Source: a virus
Lineage: Duplodnaviria > Caudoviricetes
Virus record (IMG/VR): IMGVR_UViG_3300012979_000034
Location: 18,405 to 82,404 of that record
DNA length: 64,000 nt
Direction: 5' to 3' (one strand)
The notes under the pieces are model-generated. The model did no database searches. It had not been told where the DNA came from and saw only the letters and a program-made list of their open reading frames with translations. Each line of letters opens with the position of its first letter. Position 1 is the stretch's first letter. Position numbers and translations under genes: made by a program. This document shows positions 9,554 through 17,605 of this stretch, piece after piece.

Positions 9554-10148
9554 ATTCTTGTAATAGTTTTATACCCTGTTTAATCTTATCATCCCAGGTA
9601 ATTTTATAATCCTTACCTAATTCTAAAATACTACTGACTACCTTCTTAGCTTTAGTAGATACAATAGTTACAACACCTTCACCGTCTTCAATACGTTTCT
9701 TTACTGAATCCCAGGCCATATGATTCTTTAGGTCATGATTTGGAAACTCTATATAGTGTTTAAAACCATGTAACATCTTCCATAGTGTATAAGCCCGGAT
9801 ATCAGATATATCATCAGTACCAGAAATAGAGATAAACTCTTTCAACAGTGAATAATACTGGAACATAGTAGTATCATGGGAGTATATACAACTTTTCTCA
9901 GTAGTTAATATAGACTTTTTCTGTAACTCATCTACTAAAAACTGAAATCTAGTTGAAAGCCTTATCAATTCACTAAGAATACGCTTATTTTCATGTTCTA
10001 ACTCAGTCCTAGTAGCTTTTAAGTTACTTTCCATATCCATAAATGATTGTTGTAAACAAGCTGCAAGTACATAAGTAACATTCAACTGAATATTTGTAAT
10101 TGATAGTTTAGGGTTAGACTCTAACTCTTTTTTTGTAATCGGTTCCAT
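9537..10148 (-). CDS. Hypothetical protein
   Basis: 203-aa ORF in a tight operon. Confidence 0.6.
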   Translation of the reverse strand: MEPITKKELESNPKLSITNIQLNVTYVLAACLQQSFMDMESNLKATRTELEHENKRILSELIRLSTRFQFLVDELQKKSILTTEKSCIYSHDTTMFQYYSLLKEFISISGTDDISDIRAYTLWKMLHGFKHYIEFPNHDLKNHMAWDSVKKRIEDGEGVVTIVSTKAKKVVSSILELGKDYKITWDDKIKQGIKLLQEYESRD

Positions 10149-10149
10149 A

Positions 10150-10368
10150 TTATAAAAAACTTTCAGTAACTAACCTATCTGAGGTGGTTGTTTTCACAGA
10201 ATTATTATGAAGTATTAGATTACCACATTTAGGGCAACTTACATAAATAGAATTACTACCATCTCTTAAATTTACATTAACGCAATCCTCATATTGATAT
10301 TCAAATTCTGTATCACATACCTGACATTTAGCAATGAATACCGATGGACCTTTTAAAATCTTCTTCAT
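10150..10368 (-). CDS. Small zinc-ribbon protein
   Basis: CQVC...CPKC. Confidence 0.6.
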   Translation of the reverse strand: MKKILKGPSVFIAKCQVCDTEFEYQYEDCVNVNLRDGSNSIYVSCPKCGNLILHNNSVKTTTSDRLVTESFL

Positions 10369-12619
10369 ACTCTTTCATCTCTTTAGAAAAATACTTAGGA
10401 TAATCTTTAATACTTATATGTTTATATTTCTTAGCCAGTTCCATATATTCATCAACATTGAAATCAGGCTTTAACATATTATTATAATCATACAATGGTA
10501 TAAATGGTAATTCTTCTGCCATAGTTCTACCTATTTCATAATCCATATCCATTGTAACATCATCTATCTGAAAACCAAAAAATTTCTTAGTTCTTGGGTT
10601 TCTATAGATATTCCACATCGTATATATGGTCCATACATTAATAAATTCAGGCTTACTGTTAAAATAGTTAGCATCATGTACTAAGCAAACTGAATCCATT
10701 TTTGGTAACTTACCTTGCCTCATCATATAATATATTAATATTGAGCCAAATAAACACATATCTGATGCAGCTGATTGACAAGGGAAATTTAAACCCAATC
10801 TTATAGCATAAGCTACCTCATCACTATTGTTTGAATATATTTGTGGTAATCTTCTTTTTCTACCAAACAAAGATTTAAGATAACCGTTTTTCCTTAAATA
10901 CTTTTCCTGTTTTTCCTTAAATACCTTTAATTTAGGATGCTCTTCAAAGTACTCATCCATTTGTTTTTGAGCTTCTTCTTTAGAAACTATTAAACCTGCT
11001 TTTGGATCTGATAATTTTACAGCTAGTAAAGCAGCACCAATACCATAAATCAAACCAAACGCTAATTGTTTAGCTTGTTTTCTTCTAGTTTTCCATAGTT
11101 TAAAATCAGGATGTTTTTCATCTTCATAGATCTTAAGAGTTTCATTATAATCTACTCCATATTTTTTACAAGCAATAGCTAAATGAGGATCTTGACCTTC
11201 TGCAAAAGCTTTCAGATATGTTTCATCTCCAGATAGGTGAGCCATTATTCTCAATTCAGCTTGGGAAAAATCTGAAGCAAAATATAAAGTTCCTGGTTTA
11301 GCTACTAATTGATTTTTTATATTAGGGTCAACTGAAGTCTTTGGTATCTGTTGTATATTTGGTTCTTGTGAACTTAATCTGCCAGATGTAGTACCATGTA
11401 TTAATAATCTACCATGTAAACAATTATCATCCTGTACTTTTTCATTCCAACCTAAAATATAAGTTTTATACATTTTTTCCAAACCTCTTAATTCCATAAG
11501 CTTATCTAAAAATATAGCTTTCGGATTATCAGGTTTCTTTACTGTTAATCTTAATTCAACCAAAGTATCCTCAGACGTTGAGGGTTTACCTGATTCAGTT
11601 TTATTTATGGGTTCAAAACCTAAACCATGTTCTCCATACATTAGTAGAGGTAAATCATTATTACTATTTAGGTTGATAGGAGCAATTAATGCTTGCTCAT
11701 TTTTAGTAATATATATTCCGGCACGGATATTAGCAATTTTATTCTGCCTACTAGTGATTTTTCTCTTATCTGCTGGATTATTTATATCTAAAGAATCTAA
11801 TTCTTCTTGTATTTTACTTATATATGCCTCTATCCTAGATTGGTTTAAATACTTTTGAAACTTTTTTACTTTTGGTAGATTCATTACCGTATTACGAGCA
11901 TCATCTATCTTCGGTTTATAAGTATTGAGTAGTTCCTCATTAAAACCCCTATTTAAATATAAACCAGATTTCTCTACTGAAGTTAATACCCTTGAAGCAG
12001 TCATTATCAGGTTTCTATAAGTATCATACAAACCTAGTGTAATTAACTTATTTTCAAAGAAAATACTTAATCTAAAGGTATAATCAGTATCTTGACAGCC
12101 ATATTTACATAGAGGTTCTAATGGTTTTTCATCCCATGGTATTTTATCAAAGGCATCTTGCTTTTCATAATTACCATGTTCCGGTAAATACCTTTTGACC
12201 ATATCTTTTAGTCCATTCGGTTTCTCCTCATTTAGTAAATACTTAGCTAACATACCATCTATAAGTACACCTCTATAGAATATACCATACTTCTCCATTA
12301 TCTGATTATCAAACTTAGCATTCCAGGCTATCTTAGTAATATTCCTATTACAAATAACCTGTTCACCAAAATACTTAAGTTCTTTTAACCAATCCCAACC
12401 TGGTTCAGTATAATCTTTAGTTTCTGGGTGATCTAAGGGTATAGAACAACCCATACCAGGTTGAAATGTTACTGATAAGATTGTTGGTTTAAAATCCCTA
12501 TTATAAATTGGTTTAGCATTAGTTTCAAAATCATATGAAGCATATCCAGTTATTTTACAGGCTCTTACAAGTCGTTTCAGTTCTGAATGAGAACGAATAA
12601 TGTGATATTTTGTCTCCAT
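10328..12619 (-). CDS. polA: DNA polymerase family A with 3'-5' exonuclease
   Basis: Exo DFET; TTSGRLSSQEPNIQQIP; motif A SDFSQAELR; motif B RKQAKQLAFGLIYG; motif C VHDA. Confidence 0.95.
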   Translation of the reverse strand: METKYHIIRSHSELKRLVRACKITGYASYDFETNAKPIYNRDFKPTILSVTFQPGMGCSIPLDHPETKDYTEPGWDWLKELKYFGEQVICNRNITKIAWNAKFDNQIMEKYGIFYRGVLIDGMLAKYLLNEEKPNGLKDMVKRYLPEHGNYEKQDAFDKIPWDEKPLEPLCKYGCQDTDYTFRLSIFFENKLITLGLYDTYRNLIMTASRVLTSVEKSGLYLNRGFNEELLNTYKPKIDDARNTVMNLPKVKKFQKYLNQSRIEAYISKIQEELDSLDINNPADKRKITSRQNKIANIRAGIYITKNEQALIAPINLNSNNDLPLLMYGEHGLGFEPINKTESGKPSTSEDTLVELRLTVKKPDNPKAIFLDKLMELRGLEKMYKTYILGWNEKVQDDNCLHGRLLIHGTTSGRLSSQEPNIQQIPKTSVDPNIKNQLVAKPGTLYFASDFSQAELRIMAHLSGDETYLKAFAEGQDPHLAIACKKYGVDYNETLKIYEDEKHPDFKLWKTRRKQAKQLAFGLIYGIGAALLAVKLSDPKAGLIVSKEEAQKQMDEYFEEHPKLKVFKEKQEKYLRKNGYLKSLFGRKRRLPQIYSNNSDEVAYAIRLGLNFPCQSAASDMCLFGSILIYYMMRQGKLPKMDSVCLVHDANYFNSKPEFINVWTIYTMWNIYRNPRTKKFFGFQIDDVTMDMDYEIGRTMAEELPFIPLYDYNNMLKPDFNVDEYMELAKKYKHISIKDYPKYFSKEMKEYEEDFKRSIGIHC

Positions 12620-12642
12620 TAGTTTTATATGTTTGTTATGCT

Positions 12643-12672
12643 ATAATAGGGAAGATTTCTCCTCCCTATTAT
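12643..12672 (-). terminator. GAAA-tetraloop hairpin, probable terminator/attenuator before polA
   Basis: Minus strand ATAATAGGGAGGA-GAAA-TCTTCCCTATTAT: 13-bp stem with one G-U; weak U tract. Confidence 0.55.
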
Positions 12673-12686
12673 TAAATTGTTTACCA

Positions 12687-13463
12687 TTAAACTAAGTCGT
12701 CAATGTTAGAATTTAGATAATGCCAATCTTTTTTATAAGCATGTAGAGAATCAATTGTATGATATAAATAGCCAGGTTTTATATTAATTTCCCTAGCAAT
12801 ATATTCCATAAGTCTCCAAGCTAAATATACATCATCTCCAAAGTGCATACAAAAATCTGAGCTCCTTTGGTGATATACTATGTTCAATTGTTTCTCACCT
12901 CTAGCATTCCATCTGATTAGAAAATCATAATACATTGAACAAGGTATACGATGTTCTCCAGCATAATAATCACTATCAAAATCATGAGGACCAATACCAT
13001 ATATACTTAAAACAGCCTTACGAGTACCTGGGTCAGTCTTTAGCAATTGTATAATAGCTTCCAACTTAGTCATCCTAGTACCATTAAATAATACTGGTTG
13101 ATTAATACGTTCACAGTATGTATAATCAAAATGACGGTCATTGGTACCTACCAAAAATTGTTCCCACATATCTTCACGTAACTTCCAAGCTTCGCCAGGA
13201 TTATTGTATGTTTCATCTGGATCAATTCTCTCCAGGAATTCAGCATCAGCCCATTCTTTAGCCTTTGTATATACAAATAGGTAATCTACATTTTTAAGTG
13301 AAGTTAAACAATACTGTTGACATATTATTTCTTTTGTAATAAAGTCATCAATACCTTCTATCACCTTATTCTGGTAAGTCTTTGGTTTTACTACTTGACC
13401 ATAGCTATTGAGTTCTCTGCCCATCTCAGACATTAAATCTCTACAATCTGAATAAATTCTCAT
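12687..13463 (-). CDS. ThyA-fold enzyme, probable dCMP hydroxymethyl/methyltransferase
   Basis: EFLER Glu, TRKAV, catalytic RIPC, QRSSDFCMHFGDD (Asp at the E. coli TS Asn177 position), DSLHAY. Confidence 0.75.
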   Translation of the reverse strand: MRIYSDCRDLMSEMGRELNSYGQVVKPKTYQNKVIEGIDDFITKEIICQQYCLTSLKNVDYLFVYTKAKEWADAEFLERIDPDETYNNPGEAWKLREDMWEQFLVGTNDRHFDYTYCERINQPVLFNGTRMTKLEAIIQLLKTDPGTRKAVLSIYGIGPHDFDSDYYAGEHRIPCSMYYDFLIRWNARGEKQLNIVYHQRSSDFCMHFGDDVYLAWRLMEYIAREINIKPGYLYHTIDSLHAYKKDWHYLNSNIDDLV

Positions 13464-13464
13464 G

Positions 13465-14379
13465 TTACTCTTCTTTATGCTTTAAACTATTTTTATGTTT
13501 TTTCTTATACAACTTACGCTGTGAAAAAGAGATACAATCCTCTGGATATTCTATATCTTCATATTCTAATAGTAAATCCCTAGCATATAAGGGTTTATAA
13601 GTATATAGATCAGGTCTAAGTACTTTAAAACTCCTAAAGAATACCTTGAAAGATGAGAATTGTTTTTCTGTACCATTTTGAAACTTATTGAATACTTCCC
13701 ATACTTTATCAGTAAATGGGTTTTGTACACCCTTTAATACTTTCTTGAGAGGTTTATAAGTGTGATACATCATCAGGGTTTCTATATTACCATACATTTG
13801 AGTAGCAAATACATTTACCTGAATAGATTGTTCTGGTCCATATACATATTCAGACATCCTTTGAATTAATAAGAAATCAAATATTAACCTCTTAGTTATT
13901 TCCGATGCCCTCATTATCATAGTAACAACAGGAGTATCTTCCTGGAACCTTTTTGAGAAAGTAGCAGCTATTAAACACTGCTTACCATTATCGTGGTGGT
14001 TATTGAAAGTATAAGTTATGTTGTAATTTTGATTATACTTGTTCTTTAATACTCTAAGCTTAGAACGTAGTAAATCCAGTTTGTTAAAATCAATATAATT
14101 GTTTAACAGGGAAGTCCATTTAGCTTCTGTATAATTAAACATTCTACCATAATCAAAATCAGGATCAACCCAAGCCTTCCTTATCTTTATAAATACATTG
14201 TATGATACAGCTACTCCACTATTAGCTGTAGCTCCAGCTTTAAATAATATTGGGTCTATTCTCAGAAAGGATTCATTTAACTTTTCCCAAGCTTCTTGTG
14301 AAGTTGCGAACTCTAAAGCATGTATATTCTCTTCTGTATTAGTTTCTAGACCCTTTAAAGGTTTATTCCATCCAGACAT
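13465..14379 (-). CDS. Second, divergent ThyA-fold protein
   Basis: GKQCL Cys and MRASEITKRLIFD motif (Asp at the specificity position); the C-terminal HxY motif is degenerate. Confidence 0.6.
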   Translation of the reverse strand: MSGWNKPLKGLETNTEENIHALEFATSQEAWEKLNESFLRIDPILFKAGATANSGVAVSYNVFIKIRKAWVDPDFDYGRMFNYTEAKWTSLLNNYIDFNKLDLLRSKLRVLKNKYNQNYNITYTFNNHHDNGKQCLIAATFSKRFQEDTPVVTMIMRASEITKRLIFDFLLIQRMSEYVYGPEQSIQVNVFATQMYGNIETLMMYHTYKPLKKVLKGVQNPFTDKVWEVFNKFQNGTEKQFSSFKVFFRSFKVLRPDLYTYKPLYARDLLLEYEDIEYPEDCISFSQRKLYKKKHKNSLKHKEE

Positions 14380-15258
14380 TTAATAACCAGTTTTTTGTCT
14401 CCATAAGTTGAGACGTTGTTTTTTAAACATTAATACATATATACTCTCTTGATCAAAACCATTAAGACCCAAGTAACCAAGATATAATAGGAAAGCTTTT
14501 ACTACAGCTTCCTGGTAATCAAGTTCTTTTGACATTACCTGTGTTTGCTTCCATGGACGATTCTTAAGCAAATTCCTAGCACAATTCAATTGATAGATTA
14601 CCTGCCACATTAAATATATACCATTGTTAATACGGGAAGGTGATAATGAATGAAACCCGGGAGCATATTGCTTGAATTTATCAAAATCGTTCTGAGTTTT
14701 ATTGAACTTACCAGTAAAGATATCTGAACTTACTAACGGGAAACTAAGATGAAGCAAACTATCATATACATCAAAACCACAGTCATTTTGAAGCTTTATA
14801 CCAAATGACATCAAATCATTGGTTGAATTTATATCTATACCACCATTAGAATCTGCATAATTAAAAATATCTTCTGGCAATATATTAGAGTATGTTAGAA
14901 GAGCAAAGAAGAATCCAAAAGCATCTGCTTGTTCTTCATTTGCATTTTGAATATGATTTAATACTTGATTATATTCTTTGTTATTGAGCTTATATATGTT
15001 ATAACCAATAGGATTTAAAATCTCATTCAATAGTAAAAGGGACTCATGACCCTCGGTTAACTCTTCTATTATTCTACCTATAAAATCCTTTAGTATAACC
15101 TGATTCTTGGCAGTATTTATATCAAAAGGGTAAGCTGGTAGATTTTCTATAATACGATAACCCTCTAGCTGTTCTATACCCAAATCAAACATCTTTGACA
15201 GATACTCTTTTGGGTCAGATACCTCTAGAGGGTTTTCTGTAATATTTCTAATATCCAT
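14380..15258 (-). CDS. All-alpha dNTP pyrophosphatase (dimeric dUTPase / T4 gp56 dCTPase-like)
   Basis: EELTE, EEQAD, KNRPWK and C-terminal KKQRLNLWRQKTGY. Confidence 0.7.
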   Translation of the reverse strand: MDIRNITENPLEVSDPKEYLSKMFDLGIEQLEGYRIIENLPAYPFDINTAKNQVILKDFIGRIIEELTEGHESLLLLNEILNPIGYNIYKLNNKEYNQVLNHIQNANEEQADAFGFFFALLTYSNILPEDIFNYADSNGGIDINSTNDLMSFGIKLQNDCGFDVYDSLLHLSFPLVSSDIFTGKFNKTQNDFDKFKQYAPGFHSLSPSRINNGIYLMWQVIYQLNCARNLLKNRPWKQTQVMSKELDYQEAVVKAFLLYLGYLGLNGFDQESIYVLMFKKQRLNLWRQKTGY

Positions 15259-15821
15259 TAGTCACCAGAACCAAGTCCATTACTACCTCTGGTACCCCAA
15301 GTAGTAGCCAGATCTTCATATTCTTCTACTGATATCTCTTCCAGTGGTGTAATATAAATAGGTACATGAATAAACTGTAAAATAGAACCAACTTCAACAA
15401 CCTGAGTAGTACTACTAGTATTACAAATACCCAAATGAATTTCACCGGTATAAGGAGAATCAACAATCTCTGCAGTATATACTAAACCCTTTTTATAGGA
15501 TTTACCAGATTTATTTGCAGCCATTAGCATTGAATTTTCAGGCTCTATTAAAACTCTGATACCTGATGGAATCAATACACGTGAATGAGGTCCCAAGATT
15601 ATACTGGTTATATATCCGGTACTGTGATTTATTACTGTTCTAACTATACCAACTCCAGTTATATCTGGGCTGATCACAATATCTTCAGCTTGAGCATTAG
15701 CTGTACGGATATTTTCAATAGTTAAATTACTTGGAATCTTAAAATCCAAACCTGCATCTCCATGATTTGCATAAGAAGGTACTTCAACTTCCCTTACCTT
15801 ACAAAAGCGAATACGATTCAT
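15258..15821 (-). CDS. dut: Trimeric dUTPase
   Basis: AGLDF, KSGKS, IVDSPYTGEI and RGSNGLGS motifs. Confidence 0.85.
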   Translation of the reverse strand: MNRIRFCKVREVEVPSYANHGDAGLDFKIPSNLTIENIRTANAQAEDIVISPDITGVGIVRTVINHSTGYITSIILGPHSRVLIPSGIRVLIEPENSMLMAANKSGKSYKKGLVYTAEIVDSPYTGEIHLGICNTSSTTQVVEVGSILQFIHVPIYITPLEEISVEEYEDLATTWGTRGSNGLGSGD

Positions 15822-16066
15822 ATCTGTTGTAAAATTTTATAATAAGTAATACGTTTTTTGTACTTAAAAGTTATACCTACATTTTCTTCTATAGATTTTT
15901 TATTCAACTCATCAATCATCTCTTTTACATCTGATTCACCTCTCATGAATAGAGATGATAACCTATCTTCAGCTCTTACATAATAACCTGTATTATTCAG
16001 ATACCTTTTAAAAAGGCTCCAAATATATGGAATAAATATCCTAACTCTTTCCTCTTTCTTCATCAT
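15818..16066 (-). CDS. Hypothetical protein
   Basis: 82-aa ORF with ATGA-type overlaps on both sides. Confidence 0.55.
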   Translation of the reverse strand: MMKKEERVRIFIPYIWSLFKRYLNNTGYYVRAEDRLSSLFMRGESDVKEMIDELNKKSIEENVGITFKYKKRITYYKILQQI

Positions 16067-16440
16067 TTTAATTCTCTATAAATCTTTCTCAGATCCTTTT
16101 GAGGTACTTCAAACTTTTCAGAAGCTTGGTTTATTATATCCTTTCTGTTAACACTTTTACGTTTTAAATTTCTCATAAACTTCTTAATAGCCTGAACATC
16201 CTCTAAGATATCTAGATCCTTGAAATGTTTTTTCTCATCTAACTCTTTTCTAGTAATGTTTAAATCCTGAGCCATTTTGAAAGCACATAGTTCAGAATCT
16301 CCACATATTTTACACTCTTTAGTACTTAAATCATACCCTTTTCCAAAACAGGGATCTCCATTAGAACCCAATTGAGTTATATCTATCGGTTCTAAAGGGT
16401 CCTGCTTCTCAAGAATAGGTAGTTGTTGTTTCTTAGCCAT
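16063..16440 (-). CDS. Hypothetical protein with 4-Cys motif
   Basis: PC...ECKIC...LC pattern; basic C-terminus. Confidence 0.6.
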   Translation of the reverse strand: MAKKQQLPILEKQDPLEPIDITQLGSNGDPCFGKGYDLSTKECKICGDSELCAFKMAQDLNITRKELDEKKHFKDLDILEDVQAIKKFMRNLKRKSVNRKDIINQASEKFEVPQKDLRKIYRELK

Positions 16441-16520
16441 CTTTAATAAAAATTTTGTTATTATATAATAATAGTTTTAAACTTTAGTAGAGAGTAGGTG
16501 TATAGATACAGTTTGACCGG

Positions 16521-16898
16521 TTACCATATCTTGACAGTAAGAAGACCCTCCTTATGAGTATTAATATCATCCAACTCTATCCAAGTATATTGAATATCAG
16601 AATAGTTTAAATAAAATGGTATCTTTAATGAAGATGGTTTCTCTACAGCCTCTAATAATTTGTTCCTTATAGCATTTAATGCCATATCCAAAGCTAACCA
16701 AGAAGCATCACTTAAATAAGAACCCATTATTTGATACTGTCTGTACTTAGTAGCAAAATTAAATCCATATTGATACTTAACAGATGAATAACAAGGGCTA
16801 ATGTATTGTATATCATTTATATTGATGTAATACATAGTTAAATCCTTATTTAAATCCCTACTATCTACTATATTATCAAAAGTCAATCCTGTTTCCAT
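16521..16898 (-). CDS. Hypothetical protein
   Basis: 125-aa ORF with an AT-rich start context. Confidence 0.55.
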   Translation of the reverse strand: METGLTFDNIVDSRDLNKDLTMYYININDIQYISPCYSSVKYQYGFNFATKYRQYQIMGSYLSDASWLALDMALNAIRNKLLEAVEKPSSLKIPFYLNYSDIQYTWIELDDINTHKEGLLTVKIW

Positions 16899-17013
16899 GA
16901 TATTTATGTTTTAATCCTTAATTTTGTATTAGTTCTCACTTTAATTTCCTCCGGAAAATAAAGTAATACTTATTAGTCTACCCCATAATCTATATGGTAG
17001 TAGGTTTAAAAGT

Positions 17014-17259
17014 CTAGTCTAATATCTTATCAATTATTAGGGATAATGGTAATGCTAATATAAGAATAGGCCAAATTGGTATTATTATATATGAGATACC
17101 TTCAATAAGTGTATCCTTATATCTTTTAACCTTATTACTAACTAGATATTTATAAATTAAAGTTCCTATAGTTATATATAATATACAACCAAGGTAAACT
17201 GCTAGGATTATCAATAAAGTTTCCATATCAATATCTTGTTTTAAGCCTTGTATTTCCAT
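17014..17259 (-). CDS. Small two-TM membrane protein
   Basis: Two hydrophobic stretches and a WPI motif. Confidence 0.55.
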   Translation of the reverse strand: MEIQGLKQDIDMETLLIILAVYLGCILYITIGTLIYKYLVSNKVKRYKDTLIEGISYIIIPIWPILILALPLSLIIDKILD

Positions 17260-17429
17260 TCAAGTTCATCTATCCTTTCTTCCAGTTCTGATATCTTGGA
17301 ACGGAGTTGCTCAACCTCGTCAATCAGTTCATTTACCTTATTAGTCAACTGGGTGTTTGTCGGTGGGTATTCACCATAGGTGTTACCATACTGGTCTGTT
17401 TTAGGTGTAAAATTAAGTTTCTCTGCCAT
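17241..17429 (-). CDS. Small coiled-coil protein
   Basis: Heptad pattern VNELIDEVEQLRSKISELEERIDEL. Confidence 0.55.
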   Translation of the reverse strand: MAEKLNFTPKTDQYGNTYGEYPPTNTQLTNKVNELIDEVEQLRSKISELEERIDELEWKYKA

Positions 17430-17431
17430 AT

Positions 17432-17605
17432 TTATTCCTCCTTTTCAATTAGTTCAATCAATTCTTTATATGCTTCGCATCGATATTTTGCCTCACAAGA
17501 ATTTCTACCATTCCACTCATTATATAATTGCTTTATTTTTTCTATTAACTCTTCTCTTAACCCTTCCTCGATTGCAATAAACGGGTGTTTGTTCTTCTTT
17601 TCCAT
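17432..17605 (-). CDS. Small hypothetical protein (57 aa), not in the ORF track
   Basis: Manual translation MEKKNKHPFIAIEEGLREEL...LIEKEE*. Overlaps the helicase 3' end; stop lies 2 nt before the next ATG. Confidence 0.5.
   Translation of the reverse strand: MEKKNKHPFIAIEEGLREELIEKIKQLYNEWNGRNSCEAKYRCEAYKELIELIEKEE

Noticed and set aside
10328-12619. Intein or intron in polA (also checked terL, dnaB, recA)
   Set aside because: The ORFs are continuous and of normal size, with no splice-junction or homing-endonuclease motifs.
12687-13463. Annotation as an ordinary thyA
   Set aside because: Asp instead of Asn at the specificity position, and thyX is present.
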